Positions 11,842 to 23,676 of a DNA stretch of 37,821 bases are shown here, piece after piece. The first letter of the stretch is position 1. Each line of letters starts with the position of its first letter. A program made the position numbers and the translations under genes. The stretch spans positions 35,180,659 through 35,218,479 of the forward strand of contig NC_068989.1 of the NCBI RefSeq assembly GCF_001194135.2, read 5' to 3'. This DNA is from Octopus bimaculoides. Its lineage: Eukaryota. The notes beneath the pieces are model-generated. The model was not told the origin of the DNA, did no database searches, and saw nothing but the letters and a program-made list of their open reading frames with translations.

Positions 11842-11988
11842 TTTCGGGATGCAGCATGATGGTGCTGGCAATTTGTGTGGTACACCAGGACATGAACGAG
11901 CTAAGATCATGGCAGCACATCTGACGAAGGAGACAACACCATTTCTGTGGTCAAGCTGTAGCCGAGAATATATTACCAACTTTCTTGA
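11842..11988 (+). CDS. ADAMTS6: ADAMTS6-like window exon 5 (third Zn ligand, Met-turn)
   Basis: cag|T TTC...GA|gtaaac; (N)[48 protein letters not shown](D). Confidence 0.95.
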
Positions 11989-12249
11989 GTAAACCTTTCA
12001 TTGTTACCGTAATTACCTGATTAGTCATCTGTTTGGGATCACAATCATAATTAGTTGTTTACTTCATTAAGTAGTGTCCCATAATGCATTGGTTTTGTGA
12101 AGTAAAACAGGAATTATTTTCATGAAATAATTTTCAAGGTACAAGTTGAGTAGATACCCTGTCCTCATTTACTTGTGTTCACAACCCCATCATTACCACA
12201 ATATTTATCTCTTTCCAGCTGCTCACTCTTTCTTATATAATGTAAGTAG

Positions 12250-12790
12250 CCCTCTTGCTTCTCTACAGAAACAAATCTGTTCTGGCTCTTTCTCTCATAA
12301 TTTAACATCTCATCTCCCACTATAAAGCCACCTCCTTCTCTTCCACTCAGTTAAAAGGAATTTGTCTTGCAAGCTGCATGGAAACTTTACTAGTGCTGGT
12401 GCCATGAAAAAAGCACCCAGTCCACTTTGTGTTGGCACAGCTCTCTCTTGCTCCACCTGTTACATGCTTGATGTTCTGCTCATAGGTGGATGGTCTAAGT
12501 GAATGTCTATGTCTGATCTTGACTACATAGGCATCTAAAAAAAAGCCCAGCTGAAGGATGGGAGACACGAAAGTAGCTATGTCTGTTCATAACTACATAG
12601 ATGATCATCACTAGTACTGGTGTCACCTCTGTAACAAAACAAAAAATAAAAATCACCCAGTCCACTCTGTTGTTGGTATTAGAAAGGGAATCCAACCACA
12701 GAAGCCATACCAAAGCAGACCTTGGAGCACATTGTGGTCCCCATATCCTTTAGGTCCTTTCAGACTATCCAACTCATGCTAACATGGAAG
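12250..12790 (+). mobile_element. RTE-tail-sharing repeat
   Basis: gtcttgcaag...aaaaagcacccagt...ccataccaaagcagac...ccaactcatgctaacatggaa; same family as 10930-11152 and 16050-16445. Confidence 0.7.
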
Positions 12791-13651
12791 ATCGGTGTAA
12801 CCCATATACAATAGATTTGTGCACAGTTTCTGTCTCTCAAAATGCATTCTACTCATAAGACTTTGGTCAACTTGATGCTATTGTAGAAGCAAGGTGTCAC
12901 ACAAGTAGCATTCAACCATGAACCATACATTATGAAACAAATTTTGTAACCAAACAGCCAAGCTGGTGCCCTCTATGTCAGGGTGGCCTAATAGAAAACA
13001 AATACCTCTGACATATTGTATTTTGCTTTATTGGAGCAATTGCTTGTACATAAATTGTGCATCACAATTCAGTGTTTATCTAAACATTGAATTGCAATGA
13101 AGTAGAAGTAGAAAATACTTTTCAGTCAGGTAGATTGGAACAAGTGGAGTTATGTATCTTGATGTGGTGAGGAAAAGACAACAGCAACTCACTGGCTAAC
13201 ATTTGATTTAAAATACATAGAAATTTCTTAATTATATCCCAAACTAATGAAATTTGGAAGATTCAGTATTGTTTATGGTAACCTGATTGGGATTGCTGTT
13301 TAACCCTAGACCTGTCTCAATCAGGCAGAACTATAATCAAAAACAATCCCGCTATGACCATCTTGTTATTTTGTAGATTAGAACTATGCTATCAAATGTG
13401 TCCTTCACTTTTTTTTAAATGGTAGATTATGATTTGAAGAAATTTGACTGCTATTTCAAGCGAGCAAACTTTCCTGAAACTTTCTCATTAGCTTGTCCTG
13501 TTTGGAGTCACATTCAGTGATGTTGCAGTTGAAGACTCATATTTACTTATAAATGTGTAACTATGTTTAAACGTGTATAACCTTGTTTGTAAATGAGTAG
13601 CTTTGTTTATATTTGTGTAGCTTTGTATAAATAGGTATAGCTTCATATCAT

Positions 13652-14035
13652 CATGGCACTCCGTCGGTTATGAGGACAAGGGTTCCAGTTGATCCAATCA
13701 ATGGAACAACCTGCCTGTGAAATTAACATGTAAGTGGCTGAGCACTCCACAGACACGTGTACCCTTAACATAGTTCTCGGAGAGATTCAGCATGACACAG
13801 TGTGTGACAAGGCTGGCCCTTTGAAATACAGGTACAACAGAAACAGGAAGAAAGAGTAAGAGAAAGTTGGGGTGAAAGAGTACAGCAGGGTTCGCCACCA
13901 CCCTCTGCTGGAACCTTGTGGAGCTTTAGGTGTTTTCTCTCAATAAACACTCACAATGCCTGGTCTAAGAATTGAAACTGTGTCCTATGACAGCATGTGC
14001 ACTACCCTAACCACTGGGGCATTGCACCTCCACAT
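13652..14035 (-). mobile_element. tRNA-derived SINE (family B)
   Basis: Minus-strand head tgtggaggtgcaatgcccagtggttaggg...gtttcaattctta (A/B-box-like). Confidence 0.75.
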
Positions 14036-14105
14036 AGCTTCATATATACATGAGTAACCAGGAGTTTTTTCTATCTTATAAGGTATATATCATGAATGTT
14101 ATGGC

Positions 14106-14334
14106 TTTGCCCTTTAGCATTTAAACAGGCCATATTCGACCCAAATATTCTACCCTGTTTTATATTCAAACCAGCCAGATCTGGCCTTTCACACGTACCC
14201 TACAATGTCATTTTAAAATTAAACAATCACATCATTAAAATTTCGTAGATATGTGATAATGCTTAATTAATTCAAAACAATACGAATAAATAAGCATTAT
14301 ATTTGACAGAGTAATCTGAATGTTAAATAGTTAA
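14106..14334. mobile_element. MITE with piggyBac-like ends
   Basis: Left ccctttagcatt, right aatgttaaatag-TTAA (degenerate inverted ends with one TTAA flank). Confidence 0.5.
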
Positions 14335-14583
14335 TTATTCACCAAATATCAACAATAAAGTGGTGGGACAGACATAAAATTTATTAATTCCCATTTTAAA
14401 ATTTGTTTTTGATGATGAAAATATTGAATTCACATATAGTTATTGTAGTTTTTTAACTCTAGGTTAGCTCTGATCAAACAGACTTATGATCAAAGTGATG
14501 ATTAGCCTTTCTTTTCCCCAGGTACTGTGTACCTGGAGGAATCAATATTCATGTTTGGTTTATTCTGAAATTCTTTATTGCAG

Positions 14584-14725
14584 TTCACGACGAGGTTATT
14601 GTCTGGAAGATGCTCCGAAAGAAAAAGATTTTGAATTCACTGATGAGTTACCAGGGAGAAATCATAATGTAGATGAACAATGTAAACTTCAATTCTTCTC
14701 TAAGTCAACAGAATGCAAACCTCTG
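14584..14725 (+). CDS. ADAMTS6: ADAMTS6-like window exon 6 (end of catalytic domain, start of disintegrin-like domain)
   Basis: cag|T TCA...CTG|gtaagt; (D)SRRGYCLEDAPKEKDFEFTDELPGRNHNVDEQCKLQFFSKSTECKPL. Confidence 0.94.
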
Positions 14726-14805
14726 GTAAGTTTGTGAGAGCTCAGACACTGATATATCATCATCACTATCATTGTTGTTTTGTTGTTGTTGTCATTGACT
14801 CAACT

Positions 14806-14985
14806 GCTTTGTAGTATTTCTTCCAACTTTTTTTCATTCTGAGTTCAAATTCTGCTAAAGTTAACCTTGTCTTTCATCCTTTTGGGATAGATAAAATAAA
14901 TTTCCAGTCAAGTACAGGGGCTGATATAATGAACTATGCCCTCTCCATCAAAAACTGCTGGGTTTGTACCAAAATATGAATAAAT
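14806..14985 (+). mobile_element. tRNA-derived SINE family E (sense copy)
   Basis: ttctgagttcaaattc B-box-like motif and ctttcatccttttggg...taaaataa core; homologous to 37000-37180. Confidence 0.75.
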
Positions 14986-15009
14986 AATAACAATCATGAT
15001 AATAATAAT

Positions 15010-15228
15010 GATTTCAAATTTTGTCACAAGGCCAGCAAGTTTGGGGAGGGGATAAGTTGATTACATCAACCCCAGTGTTCAACTGGTACTTATTTTATTG
15101 ACTCCCAAAAGGATGACAAGCAAAGTTGACCCTGGTGGCATTTGAATTCAGAACGTAAAGTTGGACGAAATACTGCTAAGCATTTTGCCTGGTATGCTAA
15201 TGATCCTGCCATTAAGGTGGCAACCTTA

Positions 15229-15230
<2 letters not shown>
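15010..15230 (-). mobile_element. tRNA-derived SINE family E (antisense copy)
   Basis: Reverse complement of family E; further antisense copies at ~15668-15885, 18812-19010, 19325-19540 and 22780-22920. Confidence 0.8.
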
Positions 15231-15262
<32 letters not shown>

Positions 15263-15333
15263 GGACGACGATGGCGGTGGCGGCGGCGGTGGCGGTGGTG
15301 GTTCTTGTTAATTTTTGCTGTTTTGTCTTTTAG

Positions 15334-15444
15334 GAGGTCTGTCAACAGCTGTGGTGTTTGAATTCCAGTGGGAAATGTGTCACCAATGGTATACCTGCTG
15401 CTGATGGTTCTGAATGCCAGATGCCACGCAGACGGAAAAAGGGG
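15334..15444 (+). CDS. ADAMTS6: ADAMTS6-like window exon 7 (disintegrin-like)
   Basis: tag|GAG...GGG|gtcagt; [37 protein letters not shown]. Confidence 0.93.
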
Positions 15445-15929
15445 GTCAGTAACATTAATTTATAATTTACAATTTATTTTTCTTTTGTTCATTTATCATT
15501 AACATAACAAAGATAAGGAAAATCAGCTTCATGATCCTGACTCAAAATATCATCCATAGCCAATAATACAAAAAAAATATTTCATATTTAGAAAAACTTA
15601 AAATATAATAATTTAAGAATGACATTTATGTTATAAAGGAATGGTCAAGTGTACAACATTAGATATTAGTTTCAAATTTTGGCGCAAGACCAGCAAATTT
15701 CGGGGAAGGATGTAAATCAATTATATTGACCCCAGCGTTCAACTGGTACTTATTTTATTGATCCTGAAAATTTGAAAGGTAAAACTGACCTCAGTGGAAT
15801 TTTAACTCTGAATGTAAAGATGGATGAAATGCTGCTAAGCATTTTGCCTGGTGTGCTAACAATTCTACCAGCTTGCCACCTTACACAGCATTAAATATTA
15901 ACCCTTGTCTTGGTTGGATGTGAATGTAT

Positions 15930-16445
15930 ATAGGTTGGTGGCTAGGGTGTTGGCTTTACAATTGTAAATTTATGGGTTCAATTCCTGAATGGGAGCAAAG
16001 CACTTCATTTCACATTGCTCCAGCTTATACAGTTGAAAATGAATGTCAGCTGTTAGAATACTGGCACGGCTCTTTCTTTCCAGCTGCCACGTGCTTGATG
16101 TTCTGCTGGAATGTGGGCAGTCTAAGAAGCATTCTATGTCTAATCTCGACTACACAAGCATCTAAAAAAACTAGCGGAAAGGTGAGAGGGTTATGAAAGT
16201 GTCTATGTCTGTTTATGAGTACATAGATGGTCGTTGCTAGTGCAGGTGCTACCCATGCAAAAAAAAAAAAAAAGAAGAAGAACAGTACTCTCTGTAAAAT
16301 AGTTGGCATTAGAAATGGCATCCAACCATAGAAACCATGCCAAAGCAGACATTGGAGCATGATGCAGTCTTCAAACCCATTTGATCTGCCAAATCATCTA
16401 ATCCATGCCAGCGTGGAATATGGACATTAAATGATGATGATGATG
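15930..16445 (+). mobile_element. tRNA-head SINE fused to an RTE-type tail
   Basis: ggtggctagggtg...gggttcaattcc head followed by the RTE 3' tail and (TGA)n. Confidence 0.65.
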
Positions 16446-16805
16446 GTAGTGGTATAGTGTTGATTAGATTAGCATGAAGATGTTAGTAGAATATTGATAG
16501 TTATGGATGCAATATTAGTAGAATAAACAGATAAAACCTAGAAGTAGTTTTTAGATATTTGTGGATTAATTGTTAACTGGTGAGTTTGCAGTGATTTTAG
16601 TGTAGGCTCATTCAAAACTCCATTCATTGAGCTGGGCTTTGTTCTGTATAACTCTTTGAATTGTTTATGAAAATTGTAGGTAAATTTATAATTCTTCTAC
16701 ATTGATGATCTCAATGTGATTCCAGTTTGCCATGTTTTTGATATGAGAGCTTTATACTTTATTCTGATTTTAAAGTTTTGCAGCAGCAGTAACAACAACA
16801 ACAAC

Positions 16806-16852
<47 letters not shown>

Positions 16853-16854
16853 CC

Positions 16855-17050
16855 ATATAATGCCCATGTCCCAAAGCTGGCATGGGCTGGCCAGTTTGAC
16901 AAGACTGAAGGGCCCAAGGGCTGCACTGTATTTCAGTGTCTTAATTCTGGCATGGTTTCTACAGGAAGATGCCTTTCCTAATGCCTACTGCTTTATAGCA
17001 TGCATCAGTAATAGTGAGGTTACGATGGAGCTTGCAAGTCTATGAACCCC
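16855..17050 (-). mobile_element. RTE-tail repeat
   Basis: Reverse complement of the shared tail, beside (CAT)n at ~16806-16853. Confidence 0.6.
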
Positions 17051-17964
17051 AAGGGGTCAATTTTGTAAAAGTATCTGAATTACTAATAAAAGTCATATCT
17101 TTTATTTAAAAGATGTGATTATTTTGTTGACAGAAAATGAGAAACCTATATCTATTATTGTAGTAGAAGTATTAATAGTAGTATGAAGACATGTGCTGTA
17201 ATAGAGTATCATTGCAGCTACCATTTGTTGGTGATTCCCTATTACTTCTGATGGATGACACCTCTGCACCACTCAGATGACAACCCTCCAACCCATGGGT
17301 CTATTTGGGTAGTCATTGTTGGTGAGGGTTTTTTGAGGCCGAAGTGCAAATCCTATCTCAACCTCTTATAGTTGCCTTTTATGACAGGCTGAGTAAACAA
17401 TGTGTCTATTCTTTGACATGCTGGTCCCCACACAGCACGTTCATTAGTCAATATAAATGTTGGTAAGATTCTCTGGTCTTGCTTTAAATCATATAGAAAA
17501 AGGAGAGAAAGAGTAAAAGGGAGATACAGAGGGAGTTAAAATAAGAGGTACATGATGACTGCACATATTAGGCTTGGTGGTAGGCAATGAGTAAAAGGAA
17601 TAATACACACATATACACATGTACATTGAGAAAGAAAGGATCACAAAGACAGAGAAGGAAGAGAAGAGGTGGGAGGGAATGGATAACTAAGTAGGAGCTT
17701 AAATTTTGGAGGAGATTAAATGGGAGGAGCTTAAATTTTGCTGAGATAATTTTTCGAAAGAGTAAATTGCAATTACGTTGATAAAATTTAGAAAAATAAG
17801 ATATATTTATTGCAAACAGATAACTGAGAAATTTGTTTTATTTAGTTTGATTTTAAGGCAGTAAATATTTTTCATTTAAAAATTAGAATTCATTCTATCA
17901 TTTTGTATAAGCAATAAGGAATTTGATAATGAATAAAATTAAATTATAATTATTGTATGTATTA

Positions 17965-18195
17965 GGTGCCACGTAAAAGGCACTGATGTTGGTGCCACAT
18001 AAAAAGCACTGGTGATGATGTCATGTAAAAAGCACCCAGTACACTCTGCAAAGTGATTGGTGTTAGGAAGGCATCCAGCTATAGAAACCAAGCCAAAACA
18101 GACTATGGAATCTGGTGTGGCCCCTGGCCTTGCCAGTTCCTGTCAAGCTGCCCAACCCATACCAGCATGGAAAATGGAGGTTAAATGTTGAAGAT
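17965..18195 (+). mobile_element. RTE-tail repeat
   Basis: gtgccacgtaaaagg...aaaagcacccagtacactctg...ccaacccataccagcatggaaaatgga. Confidence 0.7.
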
Positions 18196-18560
18196 GATAC
18201 CACATTTCCTGATATTATCTATTGTGGTAAAAGTATACTTCCAAAGTTATTTGTCATGTGACAAGTAAAACTAGTTATTTCATTATTATTTAGCCTTTAA
18301 CTGTTGGCATTTTACCTGGTTTAAACTATGACTCAACATTTTCACTTTTGGCATTTTGTTTGGGTACAGTGTGTCAGATATACAATACTCATTTAAACAA
18401 GATATCATTTATAGAATAATTTACAAATTTTGTCTGGAATTACTTGAAGAAATTTGATTGTTTGCATTTTTGAGTTTGAAGATTTGTCTGAAATTTACTT
18501 CTGTAGAGAAAGAGAACCAATACAATTGTGTCTTGATTCCTTATCTTCTCTTTGAGACAG

Positions 18561-18706
18561 TACTGTTATCGAGGACAATGTGTAAAAGAAGACTTTCGAC
18601 CTCAGAGTGTCAATGGTGGCTGGAGTGAGTGGACATCCTGGACTAACTGTTCTCGTATGTGTAATGGGGGTGTTGAATCCAGTGAGAAACACTGTAATAA
18701 CCCAAA
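18561..18706 (+). CDS. ADAMTS6: ADAMTS6-like window exon 8 (TSR1 first half)
   Basis: cag|TAC...AA|gtaagt; [48 protein letters not shown](K); WxxWxxW motif. Confidence 0.95.
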
Positions 18707-18744
18707 GTAAGTATAGTCTTTACAAGCAAGATCTTTTTTAAGTA

Positions 18745-18755
18745 TAATAATAAGA

Positions 18756-18811
<56 letters not shown>
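18745..18811. repeat. (AAT)n microsatellite
   Basis: Direct reading. Confidence 0.97.
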
Positions 18812-18812
<1 letters not shown>

Positions 18813-19097
18813 GTTTCAAATTTTTGCACAAAGCCAGCAGCTTCAGGCAAGGGAGTAAAGTTAATTACATTGACCTCAATGATCAACTGGTACTTATTTT
18901 ATCAATCCAAAAAGATTGAAAGGTAAAGTTGACTCAGGACATAAAGCCAGACAAAATGCTGTTAAGCATTTTGTCCGACATGTTAACAAATCTGCCAGCT
19001 CACTGCCTCAACAACAACAACAGCAACAATGATAATCCTTTCTACTATAGGCACAAGGCCTGAAATTTGGGGGGAGGGAGTAAGTCAAATAATAATA

Positions 19098-19300
19098 TTG
19101 TTGGGTCCTTAGGGAGTGTCAGTAGGCATCAAAAAGAATATAAAGGAAATTGGAATAGAGTTCCTGGCAGAGCTGTTACAAAAGGTTTGCCTCATTGGCA
19201 TGGCCAGAATCATCAGGAAAGAGTTAGATAGTTGAAAAGAGCAGACCACATGGTATTGTAGACTGAGATAAAAAGGAAAATGATAACAATAATAATCCAT
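19098..19300 (+). mobile_element. Extreme 3' end of a Dong/R4-like REL LINE
   Basis: IVGSLGSVS / KKNIKEIGIEFLAELLQKVCLIGMARIIRKELDS* (one frameshift); short AAT repeats on both sides. Confidence 0.7.
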
Positions 19301-19538
19301 TCTACTATTGGCACAAAATAATAATTATTTCAAATTTTGGTACAAGGCCAGCAGTTTTGGGGGAGAGGATAAGTTGATTACATTGACCCCAGTGTTCAAC
19401 TGGTACTTATTTCATAGACCCAAAAGGATGAAGGGCAAAGTCGACCTTTGCAGAATTTGAACTCAGAATGTAAAAACAGATTAAATACTTGCTAAGCATT
19501 TTGCTTAGCATGCTAACAATTTTATCTGCTCACCACCC

Positions 19539-19586
<48 letters not shown>

Positions 19587-19600
19587 TAACAATAACAACA

Positions 19601-19684
19601 ACAACAACAACTTGTTGTCTCTTGAGGTCTCTGGGTGAGACTTGGATCCAACTTGTACAAATGCAAAACAAAAGTCAAACATAA

Positions 19685-19744
<60 letters not shown>
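19601..19744 (+). mobile_element. Probable LINE 3' UTR remnant with long (AAT)n tail
   Basis: Non-coding segment between (AAT/AAC)n and (AAT)~20; LINE origin inferred. Confidence 0.4.
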
Positions 19745-21140
19745 TTCATTGGAGACACAATAAGTGCAATGGGATATCAGGCAAGCTGGCATAGAAGAAT
19801 TTTGTATGTAATAGATACCCAAGAATGATTGGCACTAAGAGCACTCAATAAGTAGTTAATATAGCCGGTGCGATGCAAGAAGCAAGAGCCAGTCTAAAGT
19901 TGCACAATATCAAGTCATTTTGCATGAGCAGTGTAAAAGAGATGAAAGAGGCAGTGGTACACGAAGTGAGAAAGGAGGAAGAAGAGAAGCGAAATGTACA
20001 TTTAGTGTAATACAGTCAACAGGGACAGTGCTTGAGGTGGGAGGAATATGTGGTCAGTCGCAGAATCTCATGGAAGGAACTTTGGGCTTGGGAACAAGCA
20101 AGAACATCCTTCCTGATCAAGTCTACCTTCGACGTTTTGCCTTCACCAGCCAATTTAGTCCGGTGGAACATACAAACCACTGATGAATGTAGATGTGGAG
20201 AGAATGTGACAGTGAGACATGTTCTGTCAAACTGCAGACTAGCGTGAGACAGATATACATGGCATCACAATCAAGTCCTTGGTGTCATAAGAGCAGCACT
20301 CAAGGAGAAGATCAAGGGATATAATAGGTGAGAGTACCCAAAAGTGGAAAAGCATGGAAAGATATACTTCCAGAAGGAGGGAAAAGGACATAAGGCCAGG
20401 CCGTCAAATAAAGTATATGAGAGAGATGAAAGATGGAAGGGATACTGGGAGCTGGCCACAGATTTGGAAAGACTGTTAATATTTTCACTCATAAAAACAA
20501 CAAAAAGACCGAACTTAATCCTATGGAACACAGAATGGGAAATTGGAATTTTGCTAGAGCTGACAGTGCCATGGGAAGAGAACATTGTTAATGCAGAGCA
20601 ACAGAAGGAGAAGAAGTATGAGAGATTAATCGAAGAGTGTGAAGAACTGGGATGGACTGTCAAATATTATCAGCTGGCAGTGGGGGGCTAGAGGCTTCAT
20701 TGAAAGGAAAATGACAATGTTACTTAAAAGAAGGTTTGCATTTTTGAGCTCAGAGCTGTGAAAAGTGATAAGGAGGCTACAAGAGGCAGTTGACAAAGCC
20801 AGCTTCTATATATGACTGAAACGAGAATTCCCCTCCACTGGTCAGTTGAAGCTTAGACAGCTTGCTGGTGCTGGCTGCTGGAGCCTACCAGTGAGTATTT
20901 GAAGGGAAATTTGGCAGGATGGTCATTGGCCTGCTGACATTTGTTGATGCTGCATTGAAGAAACCAAAGAACAAAGAAAAAAAAGGAAAACAAAAAACCG
21001 CACTCAACACCAGAGCTGAAGACACCTCTGAAAGGCGGGGNNNNNNNNNNNNNNNGGGAGGGGTGCCACATCAAAAACGGTTGAGGAGTAGGGGCTGAAA
21101 CCGGACGTGGTTCCTCCTGATGATGTCTTTAACCACTGGA
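19745..21140 (+). mobile_element. 3' part of a HERO-like REL non-LTR retrotransposon
   Basis: SFLIKSTFDVLPSPANL..W, zinc knuckle CRC-x7-H-x4-C (20188-20235), RYTWHHNQVL, TKRPNLILW, LLELTVPWEENI, KYERLIEECEELGW; premature stops and RPD changed to RPN. Confidence 0.85.
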
Positions 21141-21149
21141 TCCTATAAA

Positions 21150-21600
21150 GGAACTATTGAGGTAGTGAATCACAAAACGTGGTTGGAATTACTTTCCAGT
21201 TAACAGTGGAAGTGACTGAATTAGTAGTTGAAATGAGTGTTATGAAAGTACAATAGCCAAAGTAAGAATGAAGTGGAAAAAGTTTAGGAAGTAAGCAACA
21301 AAATCTACTTCATATGAATGAAAGGTAGACTGTATGTGCGTATAAAGTGCCATATTGCATGGTAGGGAGACACAAATGCTGATTTTGGAGGATATGCAAT
21401 GGCTAAAAAGCAATGCGATGAGCATGGTCCACAAACAGCTTAATGTCAGTGTGCATGAATACTGGTGCCCAAATAGGCAGAGAAAAATTGGGTATCAATA
21501 GTTTTCACTGTAGCATCCAAGGAAAGAAAATTGTGATGGTATGGAAATGTGATATATAGAGGAATGGTAGTTGGGTGAATGTGTTGATGCAAGAGGCTGC
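21150..21600 (+). mobile_element. Highly degenerate RTE LINE fragment
   Basis: Similar to ~9890-10330 (aaagtttagga; agcatggtccac...aatgtcagtgtgcatga). Confidence 0.6.
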
Positions 21601-21639
21601 AGAACTGAAAAACTGAAAAAAATGTGGTTAAGAGTGGTC

Positions 21640-21955
21640 AAGTGCTTTCTCCTTTCTGGTTTTGAGAAGCCTAATTTCTCAAGATTGGTATTTAGGCAGT
21701 GTTACATATCCTAGGGCTCCAGTAATTACAGGTATAAACCTGAACTTGTAATCTGGATAGAGTAACTGCAGATTTCTCAATAGTTCAGCATAGGTGTTCC
21801 CTTTTTCATTGCTCTTCAGCTTTATTCTAACATCCACTGGGTAGCTAATCTCCACAACTGTGCAGTTTCTTTTCTCTATCCCATATCATTATATCAGGTC
21901 TGTTGTGCTTACATTTTATTGAGGTCTTTACTGGTATATTCCACCAGTATTCCTA
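21640..21955 (-). mobile_element. REL endonuclease fragment of another Dong/R4-like LINE
   Basis: Minus strand EYWWNIPVKTSIKCKHNRPDIMIWD / VVEISYPVD..K..EK..YAELLRNLQLLYPDYKFRFIPVITGALG, with frameshifts. Confidence 0.8.
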
Positions 21956-22063
21956 TGTATGTATGTATGTATGTATGTATGTATGTATGTGAGGTAATTT
22001 TTTTTATTCTCGAAACATTAGCAACACATTAACAACTATTAATTTCTTGCTCTCTTTACACAG

Positions 22064-22127
22064 ACCCAAACATGGTGGGAGATATTGTATTGGAAGAAGG
22101 AAGAAGTACCGTTCTTGTAACACACAT
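22064..22127 (+). CDS. ADAMTS6: ADAMTS6-like window exon 9 (TSR1 second half)
   Basis: cag|A CCC...CAT|gtaagt; (K)PKHGGRYCIGRRKKYRSCNTH. Confidence 0.94.
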
Positions 22128-23225
22128 GTAAGTTGTACTTCCTTAATTTTCTCAATATTTATTATTATTATTACCAACAACTTCTGTTCACCTTAAGTCA
22201 TCATCCAATCAGATTATAAGTAATTCTTTGTTTTGTTTTTTTTGGTGGGTGGGGGTGGGGTGGGGGGCACAGTAAATCTCAAAGCAGACAAAGACCCTAA
22301 CAATAGCACGTAGAAGTTAAAAAGCCTTTTGGAGAGAAAAAGTCAAAAGGTGGTATGTGGGACACAAACCTGTATTTCCTGTAAATATAACAAGAATTCT
22401 ACCATAGAGCCAAAGTGATTCTTTTAATTTCTCTATCCATTTTCAAAACTATTTTTGCCAGCAAGAATTGTATGTTCTTGACATAAGAATTTAGAAACTT
22501 TCTCCTTTTTACTTTTGAAGGAAAGCAATGCTCTTGATCTGTGACAAGACCTTCAAGACTGACAGGAGGGAGGGAAGTATACTCAAACTAGAAACCTGGC
22601 CCAAGTGCTTACAACAGAGTGGGTTCTGTTAAAGCTCACAAGATGCCAGGTGGTTGTCAAATCATGCAATGCATTTAGGACTAGCACCCTAGGAGGCCAT
22701 AGTGGATCTTGAACTTGGCATGCAAAGTGCTGGGGCAAATACCACAAGACATCCAGTCTGACCAGTTTTACCAATCCACTGTCATGGATTGGTGCTTTTT
22801 TTTATTAACCCAAAAAGGATGAAAGACAAAGTTGAACTCAGAGCACTGAGAGTCAGTACAAATACCATGAAGCATTCTACCTGGTGTTCTAATGCCTATG
22901 CCAATTTGCTACCAAATGGATAAATGTTGTCATTGTCATTTTGAGAATTATCTAACACTAGATTATCCCATGAATCCATATAACAGCCAATACAAATGCT
23001 AATTGTCTAGTTGGTTGATTTCTACAGTCACACTTCACATCATGTAAAGAGAGAGGAAAGGAGAGATTTAACATTAGAGGTGCAGGATGAATGCACATAC
23101 TAGACATAGTGACAGGAGGAGGGGGAGAGGAAGTAAATAAGTGAGTAGTTATGGGAGGAGTTATACAAATGAAAAATTTGTTTTATCTAATTTTATTTTA
23201 AGGCTAAAAACCTTTTTCAGAAATT

Positions 23226-23634
23226 AGCATGTGTGACTGTGTGGTAAGAATCTTGCTTCCCAATCACATGGTTCCGGGTTCAGTCTCACTGTGTGGTACT
23301 TTGGGCAAGTGTCTTCTACTATAGTCTCTGGCCAACCAAAGCCTTTGAGTAGATTTGGTACATGGAAACATGTGTCATACTAAACAAAATCTTTGTTTTT
23401 TTCCATCTGTTTTAATACTGTTATATATTTATGTGTGTATTTGTGTCTGTTTGTTCCCCTACTATTGCTTGACAACTGATGTTGGTATGTTTACGTTCCT
23501 GTAACTTAACAGTTTAGCAAAAGTGACTAATAGAATAAGTACTAGACTTACAAAGAATAAGTCCTAGGGTTAATTTCTTTGACTAAAAAACACTTTACAG
23601 TGGAGCTCCAAGTAAAAAAATAAAAGATTAAAAG
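23226..23634 (+). mobile_element. tRNA-derived SINE family A
   Basis: gtgtggtaag...ggttccgggttcagtc head, family A core and tail. Confidence 0.8.
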
Positions 23635-23676
23635 AACTTCATCATTTTGTACAATCTGTCCTTATATAATGCAAGG

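Noticed and set aside
14640-14664. CTGATGAG...GAAA hammerhead-like string in exon 6
   Set aside because: No stem II, stem I or helix III pairing; it simply encodes TDELPGRN.
21113-21135. CTGATGA near the HERO-like 3' end (also at ~1670, ~6915, ~20180 and ~37424)
   Set aside because: No downstream stem II plus GAAA.
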